DNA of 51,174 nucleotides, filler included, from Bipalium vagum (Eukaryota): NCBI GenBank assembly GCA_037834085.1. It is 3 parts of 3 records of this genome, joined end to end, with 100 filler letters (N's around TTAATTAATTAA, not from the genome) between each part and the next. Parts side by side here need not be neighbours in the genome. Positions count along the whole stretch, not along the records: positions 32,477 to 51,174 come from JBBMKC010022163.1; 2 more parts are not named here. One strand, 5' to 3'. Shown piece by piece: positions 38,085 to 50,059 of this stretch (position 1 is its first letter; each line of letters starts with the position of its first letter). The notes under the pieces were generated by a model. It saw only the letters and a program-made list of their open reading frames with translations, ran no database searches and was not told where the DNA came from. The position numbers and the translations under genes were made by a program.

Positions 38085-39577
38085 TGAAATTGGATTCATC
38101 ATTCCCGTGATGATATAAAACTTTGTAAAATACGAGATCGCGGTTCAGGAGGACAGATTTACCCATACATGTTCCGGTTGAAAAAGTTTATGGTAACAAT
38201 AAGAACCAACATAATACATAAATTCTATACTATAAATATTACCATTTTAATAATATGTATAACTGTTTAAGTGGTGGCAGGGTCAGTCGACTGGACAGAG
38301 CAAAGCAAACAAAAGGAGAAATCACAGAGGTAAATAGTCAATTTGGCTATCTCCGAGAAAAATCACTATTGACTATGTGATTACAGAAAACTCTGCCCCA
38401 ATTATTTGACTAGCTGCAAAATCAATGTATTGTGTAGTTTAAGGTTGCATGCTACTGATTACAAATAAGTAGTTGCTCTAAAACCAATATTTGCAATTCT
38501 AATTCTAAAATTTAATCAATTAAAATGTAATCAATTTTTAATAATTAAAATCAATAAAATTAAAATAACCTGCTCATTATTTTTCTATGGTCTGAGGGAG
38601 AGAATGAATAAAGAACAAAACGAATAACAAAATGAATAAAGAAGACCAAAATCGATAAATTTTGTCAATTTATTTTTTTTCAAATTTCTCTTTGGAAATC
38701 TAAAACTCATTTAGAAAATTTTATCGGAACATAACAATAATGTTTTTAATGGCGGAAAATAATTCAACATAAAATGTACATTAATTCAATTCATTGTGTC
38801 TCTCTTTGACATGTGGTATAATATTAAAAATGAAGTGGAAATTATTCGAAAAGGAAGTGCACCCATTTATTCTAATTGAAGAGAAGATATAGACGAAGTA
38901 AAATATTCGTATTCTTTGATTGATCAAGTCGGATACTTATGGATGAAAGATTTTGTGAAAGAGAAAAGGTTTTATGAGAAACAGTTAGAAAATGGAAAAT
39001 ACTTAAAACATCCTCCTATCGCTTCATCATTAAAATTTTGATGTATCTCTACAGGAGCGGTTTTAGGAATGGGAACGACAGTCATACCGAGAGGAATACC
39101 AACATTTGGAGCTGGTTTGTTAAAATACGTTCCTGTAGGAAGAATGTTTTAAAAATTAGAGAAATATCACAGAAAATAATGTTTTACAAATAGAAATGTG
39201 CTCCGGGGTTTGATGTCCGCTCCTGTTCAATTTCCAATCTGAATCTTGCACTATTACGTTATTATGATGCCCTGTATTTATGTGAAAAAAGAAAGAAAAA
39301 AACTCGCAGAGAATTTTAAGGTCTTCTTGATCGAGATTCCTCCGTAGGCACGACTGATCAAATGATTCTACAGCAACGAGGTCCGAAACGTCAGCTCAAT
39401 ATGGGTCGATTTCCAAAGTAAATCGATACGCGCTGATGGATATTTTGTCTAGGTGGTTTTTGGTCTCTTTTTAAGATCGTCGTTCATCAAAGATTCAAAA
39501 CATCATGTCACATTTAATCAGTTTAAAGGCGGAACGAAATAAATTTCTAAATTTTCACCTCACATTTATTTCACTTT

Positions 39578-39722
39578 GTCAAGGGAGCTATAAACTTTAG
39601 CAGGGTTCGGTCCGTCTGCTCAAGGCCATTCGTATTGATTGTTGAAGACGCTGTGTCGTCCTGCGTGAAATAAATATGGATTTCATTTTACTTCACAAAA
39701 TGTACTCATGACCTCGGCAATC
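39578..39722. repeat. Diverged duplicate of 35325-35470
   Basis: Same blocks as the partner copy. Confidence 0.8.
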
Positions 39723-39744
39723 ATTCATTATATAACTTATTCAA

Positions 39745-40480
39745 TAAAAATAATTTGGTGTTTACTTCCTCAGGACACAGAGATCTGCATGGATCTTTGT
39801 CAGCTGAGGTCTTCAGCTTTAGGAAAGATTTTGCGTCAGCCTTCTTCGCCCAGCTTTGTCGACATCGGAGAATATCACAGCTCTACATAGATCCCAGGAT
39901 TCCTGCAACATGGTACTACCAATTCTTTGCGTAGTACTCAATATTTGATGCTGTACATTACTTGAAATGTGGACCAATTCTTGACCACCTGAAACCACTT
40001 TTTTCCAATACATCAACTGTTTTTGGCGGTTTTGTTCCTAGGGACCCAATTATGCATGTCTGCAGTACACCTTTATAATTAGGTTTCAACACTTGAAGTC
40101 GATTACGAAGATCTGCATATTTAGCTAAATTGTCTTCATCTGAATTCCTGAAATTTTCCAGGATATCCATCGGACATTTGATATCAATGAGGAAAATCAA
40201 TTTTTTCTAAACATGTGTGATCAAAAGATCAACACGCTCATTGCAATCTTTCAAGAGCTCAAATTTCTTTTACATGGATACGGACGTGACGGTTTCTCAG
40301 ACTTTTGGTGATAATGTTAATGACAGTGAAGTTAATATATGAAATATTATTTATTTTGTCTTTGAGACCAAAGCTGGCACCAATGTTTCCATTTTTTTCT
40401 GAAAGCCTTCCATTCTGAAATTGCACGTTTTCCATAAACCTCACAAAGTAAGTCGTACGTTTCTGCTGAACCTCCACAAA
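39745..40480 (-). mobile_element. 3' fragment of an RLE-type (R2/NeSL/R4 group) non-LTR retrotransposon
   Basis: CNERVDLLI..IFLIDIKCP.D..NF..AKY..L..IIGSLG..L..G..C..I..W..H, the restriction-like endonuclease motif series of these elements; stops and frameshifts present. Confidence 0.82.
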
Positions 40481-40772
40481 TGACTTGATCCGAATAGAAT
40501 TTCACATGTTTCGATCAAAAAAATTGATTATATGGAAAAGTAATGAATTTTGAATAATCAATGTCGTCAAACAAAACGGATTGGATGAGAATTTAAAATT
40601 ATATTGGCACGTGTGTCACTGAATCGATTTAAACAAATCCGCATTATTTATCGGCACACACCGAACACGTCACATTTGTGCAACATTTTGAAAAAATAAT
40701 ATTTTCTTCAATAAAAAAGTATTATTATTAATAATTATAATTATTACGAGAGATTATATTCAATACTACTGT

Positions 40773-40781
40773 CAGTGTAAT

Positions 40782-40814
<33 letters not shown>

Positions 40815-40992
40815 ATGTTTCCTTTTCTCTTTTCATTCTAACTCGTTTGCTGCTGCTTTGTTCCTTTATTTATTCATAATATATAACGAAGTATCTCTCT
40901 TCTTATTAAATATAAAATAAATAATGGTCCGTCCTAAGCTGAGAGAAGATTGAACGCAAGGTTATGTTGCAGAGAACAATGTTAAGAAAGAA
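40773..40992 (+). repeat. Left arm of a long inverted repeat
   Basis: Reverse complement of 42172-42382; by manual alignment, 10 substitutions plus a 9-nt length difference in the AAT/ATT tract. Confidence 0.95.
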
Positions 40993-41220
40993 GTATACTT
41001 CCGTTCTCTTTGCAAAACACAAAAGAAGAGTATTCTTAATTGAAATCAGTAAAACATAACAATGGCCCCTGTATCACAAGTGGTTGCTCGTGTCAAAGGA
41101 AGTGAAATATGAAGCACATTAGTACTGTTAATACTGGTAATAGAAATGAGCTGGAGGTATATCAGTGGTAAACCATATTTAAAGGCAGTGGGACATGGCT
41201 TTTCATAATAAAATGTGAAA

Positions 41221-42109
41221 ATGGTTTCTCTAATATTTTCAACGATGTTATTATTTTACTTTTCACCAGCGAATGTCCTTTCTGACCAGGTTTTTATTAG
41301 AGCTAAGTCCTGTGTATTCAATGCTTTTGAAGAGTCCAAAGAGGCATCGAAGACTCAATGCGCCCTCAAGTGTTTGAAGACAGATTGCAAAGCTTTCCAA
41401 TTTCAAGACGGGCCTTCTATTTGTCTGTTATTTGGGTACCGCGAAATTTGTCAATCCAATACGCAATGCTTTGAAGTAGATATATACATCAACGATCGAT
41501 ACAATGGGGAGGTGAGTGAGTTTTCTCTGACTTCCATAATGTGTTTCTATTTAGTTCCTGTCTGACATGTCGCATCCGCGATTTCATCTTTTCCAAAACT
41601 TCAATAAAACATTATTTAACTCAACATCGACAGCATACAGCATTATTGACGAGAAACGTGCCACGGCGTTATTGTTGGGGAAAAGAAATCTTACTTTGAT
41701 GGTCATGGGAACATATTTACATTCTAAAATGCTTGGTATACCAAAAGCGGGTTTCCAGGCATTCTACGACAGACTGTCCACATTTGTGACAAACGGCACT
41801 TGCACAAATTATTACAAGTGCTACAAAAAATTGGAAGAGGCCACCATGGAGTCTGCTGGGAAGGAAATGCTGTTCGAGGTAACTTGGAGAGATTTTGACT
41901 TTGAAGATTTAAAGGAGAAAATAGCGACGAACAATTGGAACTTTGTCTTCAATCCTGTTGATCAAAGAAGGCCACCGAAGTCTGTAATACAGCTGTTGAA
42001 ACTTTATGGGATTTGTTTGGCAAAGGCCAAGGACTATACAATGTGGAAGATTGAAGATAACATTTGCAAGGACATTACAAAGGTGATCAATGAAAAGTGT
42101 ACAGCTTGA
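41221..42109 (+). CDS. Secreted protein (~281 aa): signal peptide + PAN/apple domain + unrecognised C-terminal domain; 2 exons
   Basis: Exons 41221-41511 and 41555-42109 are joined in phase 0 by a 43-nt GTGAGT...TTTAG intron. PAN pattern SKTQCALKCLKTDCKAFQF...CLL. TATTTAAA at 41176. Confidence 0.88.
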
Positions 42110-42171
42110 CTTTGACACTCTTGAATACACAGTTGATTGTCGTCGTTATCAATGTTGTCACTCTATTGTTT

Positions 42172-42382
42172 TTCTTTCTTAACATTGTTCTCTGCAACGT
42201 AACCTTTCGTTCAATCTTCTCTCAGGTTAGGACGGACCATTATTTATGTTATACTTAATAAGAGGAGAGATACTTCGTTATATATTATGAATTAATAAAG
42301 AAACAAAGCAGCAGAAAACGAGTTAGAATGAAAAGAGAAAAGGAAACATAAATAATAATAATATTATTATTATATTACACTG
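42172..42382 (-). repeat. Right arm of the long inverted repeat
   Basis: See left arm. Starts 63 nt after the stop codon and contains the first downstream AATAAA (near 42294). Confidence 0.95.
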
Positions 42383-43049
42383 TGAAAATACAATTGATTG
42401 TCGTGGTTATCATTGTTGTCACTCTATTGTTCTTCTTAGTAATAATTATTTATACACTGTTGCGTTATTGTGTGGGGTTGTGGTGCTGACAAGAGACCTT
42501 TAACTTAATCTTCTGAACATTCTTAGTCACCCTCTTAATCAAAGCTTAAAATGTGGCCTACTTCACTCAACATGTCTAGACCAATGCTTCCCTTTACCTC
42601 ATTATGGTATATCTTTTTGCCACCCTGGTCTCATGGTTTACCTTTGCACATAAATTAATTTTCGATTAAATTCCTCTTTTATCCTGATAAAGAAATGGGA
42701 ATCGTTGAAGAATGACAGATAACCGAGTACCACAGGGAAGTAGAAAGATTGAAAGATGAAAAAGAAGTCTACAGAGCAAAATTGAGAACAAAATAAATAA
42801 TAAAGAAGAAAGAAAACAGTTCTTCAATGTATCAATACTTAACTATACTGAATGGTTGTCGACCTCAGCTCAGTTTCCGTTACATTCTATAGGAGTACCT
42901 CACTGACATTATTTGGAAACTAAATAGGCTTGGGACCAGAGCACAATCCTTGAGAGATATATGCCAGCGATACATGTTATAATTGTTCTACATGGTCTAA
43001 TAAATCTCCTGTAGAACGAGAATCTATTAGTTAATAATTAGTGGGTATC

Positions 43050-43340
43050 AGAGCCTTGTTGAAATATCTTAATTTATTGTGTTACGCTTTCAGTACTATG
43101 CAACTCTTAGCGCAGAACTTTACCGACACTTTCTCTTTGGACAACGGTTTCGAATATAATTGAATCAAAATAAAACTTGATTTAATCTACACAATAAAGT
43201 TTTGAAACAGTCCAATACGAGCAAATGTTCTAAACGAGAATATTCAAAAGAAACGGTCAATCGATCAAAAATCATTTGGAACTGGTTATGTAATATATCT
43301 GTTCCTGTAGCCACATCGATTTTATGAGTTGTACATTGAT
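43050..43340 (+). mobile_element. Possible Penelope-like element remnant (region just before the GIY-YIG domain)
   Basis: LRFQYYATLSAELYRHF...GYVIYLF..LYI weakly recalls the PLE linker and GIY-YIG start; very degenerate. Confidence 0.3.
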
Positions 43341-44455
43341 TTATTGGGAAAACGATAAGTAGAGGATTGGCATCAAAAGAGAAAAGAATTTATAAAGAAA
43401 TGTGTGGTAATGGAAAATTCTCAAGGAATAAACTTTGTTTGTTTCAAATGAAAGCTTTAGAAGGTGAGACTTTATCAAATGAAGAAAAGGAAGGAAGTAA
43501 GAAAAAAGGAAAAAAGAAGACGGTGCAAAGTGTTTTGATATAAAGTGTTGCTTATATATAAGAACAAGAAAAATTACAATGTTAATAATATTTTCACAAA
43601 TTTTAATCAATATAATAGTGAACCTGGATTATTATTAAACACGAAAACATCAATGAAACATTTGCACAATAAAATTTTATAAAATCAAAATTATCCGGAT
43701 ATAATATTTCAGTAGAAAACAATATAAACATAGAAATAGAAGAATATGATAGGGGTTAAATGAAATAAAAATGATTAAAACAATAAATTAATTTAGCTAA
43801 GCACAATATCTATTGATATGAACAAGAAAAATTGTTTTAGCTACATGTACATTCGATGATAAACGATTAATTGATAATAATAATTGTAATAATTGGATTT
43901 ATAAATTAGAAGATTTAATCAATAAACATAAATAATAATATTTGTTTTCAATTTTAAGTTGACCATTTTGTTAGTTGTGACCAATAAATCATTACACGCC
44001 ATAATAAAATATTAATTGAAATCGATTTCTGTTTCGTTCAATTTGCTATTAAAACAAATGAAATTTTAATACTTTTCACATATTAAATTTTCGCATTTAA
44101 TTCGAATATATGTTGAGCTTTAAAATTTATGCTTGTTTTTATTAAAAATGTAATTTATACCTTTATTTAATTATTAAAATCTTTTAGCTCAATATATTCT
44201 GCAAATTAAATTAAAAAATTAAATATGTTACTCAGATATTTTTTAGTTCCTCACAATTTTATGAATTATTTATAATTATTTCTAAATGTTTACCCAGGAT
44301 TTTTTGGGCAACCGATAAAATCCTTCTATATACCTGATTCATATCCAAATATATTGACTTATGAAATAGATTGTTTACAAGATGCTTTTAATAGTTTAGA
44401 AATAGAATATTTTGTATTTCCATGGAAGAATATTAATAAAAGTAAAGAAATGATA

Positions 44456-44765
44456 CAAGTAAACCTGTTTTATTTTTAAATCCAATAACTTTCTTCTTGT
44501 CTTCTATAGAATAAATTCTTCTTCTTAAAGCATTGTTGTTATTGATTATTTCTAAAAATAGAAATTAATTACTTTTAAAAATCGATAATTAAAAAATATA
44601 TTTTAACGGGTGTTCGTTATACTGAAAATTTAAAATATACAAAAGTTTTTTCTTGGGTTCTTTTTGACAGGGCTCGGTAATTAAAGAATATTTCTGCTTT
44701 GGCTAAATTGGAGTATTAAAATTCGTTCGTTATTAACAGTGGTTCGTTAATCAGAGGTTTACCTG
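44456..44765. mobile_element. Possible old Tigger-type MITE
   Basis: Ends CAAGTAAACCT / AGGTTTACCTG, with subterminal GTTCGTTA repeats. Confidence 0.4.
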
Positions 44766-45189
44766 AGAAATGAAAAAATGATACTATTGTAAACCGGATA
44801 AACAAGATTACTGCGTAACCGAAATTTCGGAAAATATCAGTAAAAATTTTAATTAATTTTTTAATTTAATAAAAAAATAAAATTTTGATTTTAATTTTTA
44901 AAAAATGGAAGCGTCCTTACGAAAACTGATAAATATTTTAATACTTTCTATTTGAACATCTTTCAAATCCAATGACCCCCCATTTTCCAAACATTGCTCT
45001 TTTTTAATTCTCTGCTAAAATGTAACATATTACACACAGAACTGTTATCTTTAAACCACTTCCGGATCGGTGTCATTTTTAGCTTTCTTAGGTTTTATTT
45101 TAATGTAATCCATGTCGAATTCTTTGTTTAAAATGAATGGTTTTAAAGAGATTTTTATCAAGTTTTATAAAGTACTAATCATATTTTAT

Positions 45190-45660
45190 TGTAGACCATA
45201 TGTTATCATAGCAGATTAAATTCCAATAGTGGTCTTTTTGATCGAATACCAATCACATCCAAGGTTATGAGAGAGTTGAAAAAGAAAGTATTTTCCGATA
45301 TACCATCGGTGGCCACTATCAAAACAATTTTTAATAAATATATGGAGACGGGTTCTGTAAACAATAAATCTCGATGAGGTCGTCCTTCTATAAAAAGTGA
45401 GATGATATGCGCCATTAAATAGGAAGTGGACTCGAACCCACACAATCTGCCCTTATAATTGCTACAGTTGTTGGAGCATCTCATTATGGAAAAAAAAATA
45501 TTTTTTTCTTGACCTGCCAATGATTTGGTCCACGTTATCAAGGTGACAGTCACAGACCAATTCAGATAGTTACTTCGTTGAAAGATATAATCGATTTGAA
45601 CCCCTTAATATCAGGTACGTGTTTAGAAAATGCCGACTTATCAAATAAATAAGATCTGTC
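45190..45660 (+). mobile_element. Tc1/mariner-superfamily N-terminal remnant
   Basis: IFNKYMETGSVNNKSR*GRPS. Confidence 0.6.
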
Positions 45661-46159
45661 ATAGAATGAATAAATGAAACAAATTAATTAATCAATATTC
45701 GAAATTTTTAAACCAATGAAATTCAGTGCAGATTTAAAATTTTAGCCGGCCATATTTAAATTTCTCTGAAACCATGAATAATGAAGAAGCGATTATTATA
45801 AACCTTTGGGAAGCGTTCCTCGATGGTAAATGGTACAGTGATATCAGATAGGGATAATGAAAAACCAGTTTGACCTTCATTGTCTTTCCTCATCGGGCGT
45901 TGATTCCATTTGTCATTTGCACAGAGAAATTTGCACAGTTTGAGAAATAATGTATACAATATCATCCAATCAGAGGTCATGAATTGTTGTACATATTAAC
46001 CAATAAGAGAGCGACAGTGATGGTCTATTTCGTATGTTTCTTGAAGTTTGTTTTATTTTTATGTTTTTCATTTTAAAGGAATCGAAGTTTGACTTTTTCT
46101 AATTTCCTCAGAGAATAAAATTATAAAGACAAACGGAATCTTTCCGAGGTGTTTTCCCA

Positions 46160-46889
46160 ATGAGACTGGTCACAATGTCCATTTTGACAGGGTTGCTGAT
46201 TTACATTATAACTGCACGTTGTCCAAAGCCGTACACTCTTTGCAATGATACCTGCATGTTTCTTAATGAATTGGCGTCCAGCTTCTGTTCAGCTAGTAAA
46301 GCATGTGGAGTGCTTGGAGGTAGGTTGGCGGTGGCGAAGGAAATAATGTCCATTAGAAAATGTTTTCCTCAATTTCATAATTACCGGGTTGGTATCCACG
46401 ATCTTTATAACGAAAGAAAGTCGTCCAGAGGTGGCTGGTCACAGGTAGATGGTAGTGAAATGACGGAAAACGTCACATGGAATTATATAGATCCCACAAA
46501 TATGGATCCAGGAGAAGATTGTTTAGTACTAAGACAGGGTTAGATGACTATAACTGTTACAAATTAGTAAAATATGTGTGCGTATATGAAGAAGAAAGGC
46601 CGAAGATGTTAGAACTTTACAAGAAGACATCATTGAACATATACAATAGTGATGACGAGGAGGGATGCTATCTCGAGTCTGGTGCCACTTTGGAAGTTGA
46701 GTGTGGAATGAAGTTTGTCGATTTATGTACTTCTCATTTAAATTATCGATAAGATGCTTTCAAACACCGTATTGCAGGTCATTCTATTTTCGGCATTCCA
46801 TGAAACAGAACTGTGTTTTGTCAATGTACGCCGATAGCTCTCTACCAAAGAGCTACCAGAAGTTGGGGAATTGGACCCGATATGGGTGA
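46160..46889 (+). pseudogene. Secreted C-type lectin + PAN/apple domain gene with one frameshift (pseudogene or assembly error)
   Basis: Signal peptide and CTLD motifs (FCSASKACGVLGGRLA, GW..VDG, TW, EDC, LDDYNC..YVC). A -1 shift is needed near 46530-46541. A 41-nt phase-2 intron at 46713-46753 joins VECGMK to CFQTPYCRSFYF..CVL (PAN). TATAAA near 46122. Confidence 0.8.
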
Positions 46890-47949
46890 ACAATTCTTTT
46901 ACTCACGAGGTCTTTAATAAGCGATCGCTGTTTTAACTTTGTTCTTCATTTTACATGTTTAACAGCTTTAATATAATTTCCCCCTTATTTTATGAAACCT
47001 AGAGGTGACATTCAATCGACTGTCCCAAATAAAAATATCTTCAACAAATTGACAAGTGGAAAATATTCCAGAGAATTACATTTCAAATCTTTAAATCGTT
47101 CTGACGAAATAAGTGTAACGCATCAATGATTCTCTCGACTGACCCTTTTGTTGAACATCATTTAGAAAATCAAAATGAAGTCATAAATAATTATAATGAG
47201 GTAGGAGAAACTAATATTCTCACGGTTCCAAAACCTGATTCCTGTATCTTTTGTTTACTGTACGAAAATCAATGCCTTCAGAGAACGTCCTCCACATCGT
47301 TAATGAAAGACGGAGACACCCTGCTCTCCTACAAACCAAGAACCCATTATCTAATGTAGAATGTTTATCATATATCCAAGGACTATTGTTTTCGTTCTGC
47401 TACCATAATGTCGGGAAAGCCCTCCTAAAGCAGCAGTGCTGAGATGAAAATGCCCGTCTTTTTTTTTAGAAAGGAGAGTATAGGAAGGATTATGAAGTCG
47501 AAATGGGAATCGTTTTAAAATTGTAAAACCCCTTCCTTGCAGATAATGATTGGAAATGTATTTGTATCCTTTTCAACATCGCACGTGGGACCTGAAAAGG
47601 CTCAGCTAAATATAGACGGGCACTTTATATTATTATTATTTAAAAAGATTTATTTGAAAACAAAAGGTTCGCTTTCGCTCTGGCAGTAGTCAGAAAATCA
47701 TTTTAAGCGAATGATATACTCACTGACGTGTCCACCAAGAGATTGCACGGGGAAGTGAGAGATGGAAAAGGTGAACCCGTTTGGCAAACTTGAAGAAATG
47801 GACTTTGGGAGAATTATATCTTCCAACAGTTATAAATTTTTGATCTGACAGCTGAAATTTGTCGAAACGCCGAAGATCATTGGTTTGTTTTAATAAATCA
47901 ATTTAAGATCAACAACCACCAATCCCGCGACAAAATCAAACTCTGTTTA

Positions 47950-48500
47950 CAAGACTGAATTACGAACCTCTTTACGAATCATCTTAATGAACTTTTCCAT
48001 TACCACAGCCTCTCCTTCATTGTCTGTTGAAAAATTTACGGTTTCCTTTCCTTCTCAGAATCCTTTAAATGTCTGTTTATAAAACATTCGGTCGCCTTAT
48101 CAACCAATATTTGTTGAGGAATTCTTTGATGAGCTTCAAATATGGTTTCACGAGGATTTGTAATTGACATTGCCCTTTATCTTTTAATGATATTGCCAAT
48201 GCAGATCTGGTACATGCTGGTACCCCGTTCAAAACTGTTAGGCAGGTGCTCACAATTTTCAGTATCACACGAATAGATCATGTTCGTAAGGATTAACCAC
48301 TTTTCCAAAAGGTTTATGCAGATTATACAAATACTCTTGTGGTCCCCGTCGGCTTGAACATGTCAAATGACACTTCCATTTGATGTGGGTTAATGATTTC
48401 AGAACCGAAAAGGGACGTGAGTGTCGATATTTGAAAAGGTTCTCCCTCAACTTCCGCATTGATGTTTTCATTCCCCTACAGTTTTCGATCATGTTTTATG
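47950..48500 (-). mobile_element. Possible Penelope-like RT N-terminal remnant
   Basis: KVVNPYEHDL and FKG..EGKETV..TDNEGEAVVMEK loosely recall VVNLS..L and ADKG.AVVVMDK. Confidence 0.3.
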
Positions 48501-48649
48501 TTGCATTCAATTTAAAGACATTACCGTGACCGATATTGAACAAATTTTTTCATTGTTTTATTTCATCGATTTATTTTTATTGATAAAGTGCACTTTTCGA
48601 AGTGGGTTGTGTTTATTTGCCATGAACATAGAAATATTGATTGGCAAGT

Positions 48650-49445
48650 GGTCAAAATGAGACAAACAGCACTGACAGAACGAGAATGAATTCTGGTCAC
48701 TGTTACTGTCTGGTTACTGTCAAGGTTAAATTTAGCAGAAAATGAACATATCCGGATGTTGCGTGCAATGGACACTTCACATATTCCGAGATCAACAATG
48801 TCATGAAGACAAACAGTGGTCCGGAGACCGCGAACAACAAACAGGGTGACAGACAGAGGGATCAAGAAAATTGCCTGTTACAGCGGGGATTATCGCTGCA
48901 AAATATAACGAATGTCAGGAACTGAATGTCACCATGTCTACCATGAAACGCAGATTAAACAGCTTTGACTTGTCCGGTCGAGTAGCTTCAAAAAACCTTA
49001 AAAGAGAGGTTGATTAAAGCAAAAAGACTGGAATGGGCCAGCCAACATCGATATCGGTTATTTGACCAGTGGTGAAAGATCCCATGTACAGATGAATAGA
49101 GCTTCCACATTTTTGGTTCTCCTCGAAGAACGTTGTTTAGACGATTTCTCACAAAAATCTATAGGGAAAATTGTTAGGTTTCTACAAGAATTTTGGAGGT
49201 GAACAGGGATTAAAACAGCAGAATGTCATCTAAGTAAAAGAATACAATCATACATCGCCAGATCTTAACCCTTTGGATTACTGTTGGATGAAGGGACACA
49301 GAAAATTGGCATCAACAGCTTTCTTCAGCAAAGACCCTTTAAGAGACACTAAAGTTCAATGGCTTTCAATTACAACGGAAATTCAACGGAAATTGCTCAT
49401 TCGTGTGCCGATGAATTGTGTAGCTGTTATTAAAGATCATATTGT
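48650..49445 (+). mobile_element. Tc1-like transposase, decayed and internally deleted
   Basis: RPRTTNRVTDR, STMKRRL..GRVASK, KRLEWASQH..W.KI..TDE, SPDLNPLDYCW and CVAVIK. Confidence 0.88.
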
Positions 49446-50059
49446 GTTAGCTCTGCATAGGTCCTAGAATCCTTCTACCTTCACAGATTAAAACGTCCTT
49501 ATTTCAGTTTGGATCGCCATAAAAAGATATTACTTTTGCTGATGGAAGTACGCACAAAATTGTGTAAATTAATATGTGCCTATAGCTCAATGCATATCGA
49601 CTGGACAAAGCAGATGCTTACAAGAATGACCGGTAAAGAAAAGTATTTATGGCTTATGTCTTATGGATACCGCCTTAGAGAGTTCAAAGTAAAGAGATTA
49701 GTTGAATAAGAATTGTCATGGTCGTTAAAGTATGGAAATGTCTTCTTCTCTTTTTAGCAAAAGCTCAGGAAACATTTTCATTAGACTTGGTACCCTTTTG
49801 TTCCAGGAAATGCCTCTTCGTCTCAATGGAGCGCCGCAAACGTTTAAGTTAAGATTGGTTCATTGGTCCTTGCCAAGCTCTCAGTCTCTTCCTTTGGTTT
49901 TCTGGTCTCCTCTCTATATAATATAATATTTCCAGACCAAATGATACCCCGGGGAGTTGTGGAAGCCAGCAACATAGCTCTTCTTGAAACAATGGACATT
50001 TTACTCAAAGCCTTCGTCTTGTCAACCAAGCATTTCATATCTTTTTTCAAAGAACGAGG

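Noticed and set aside
39350-39395. Minimal hammerhead-like CTGATCA...GGTCCGAAACGTC (similar hint at 47843-47878)
   Set aside because: The core is mutated, stem II is poor and there is no adjacent stem I.
42378-42384. CACTGTG (RSS/Transib heptamer) at the right end of the cassette
   Set aside because: The left end reads GTCAGTG, and there is no 5-bp TSD or nonamer.
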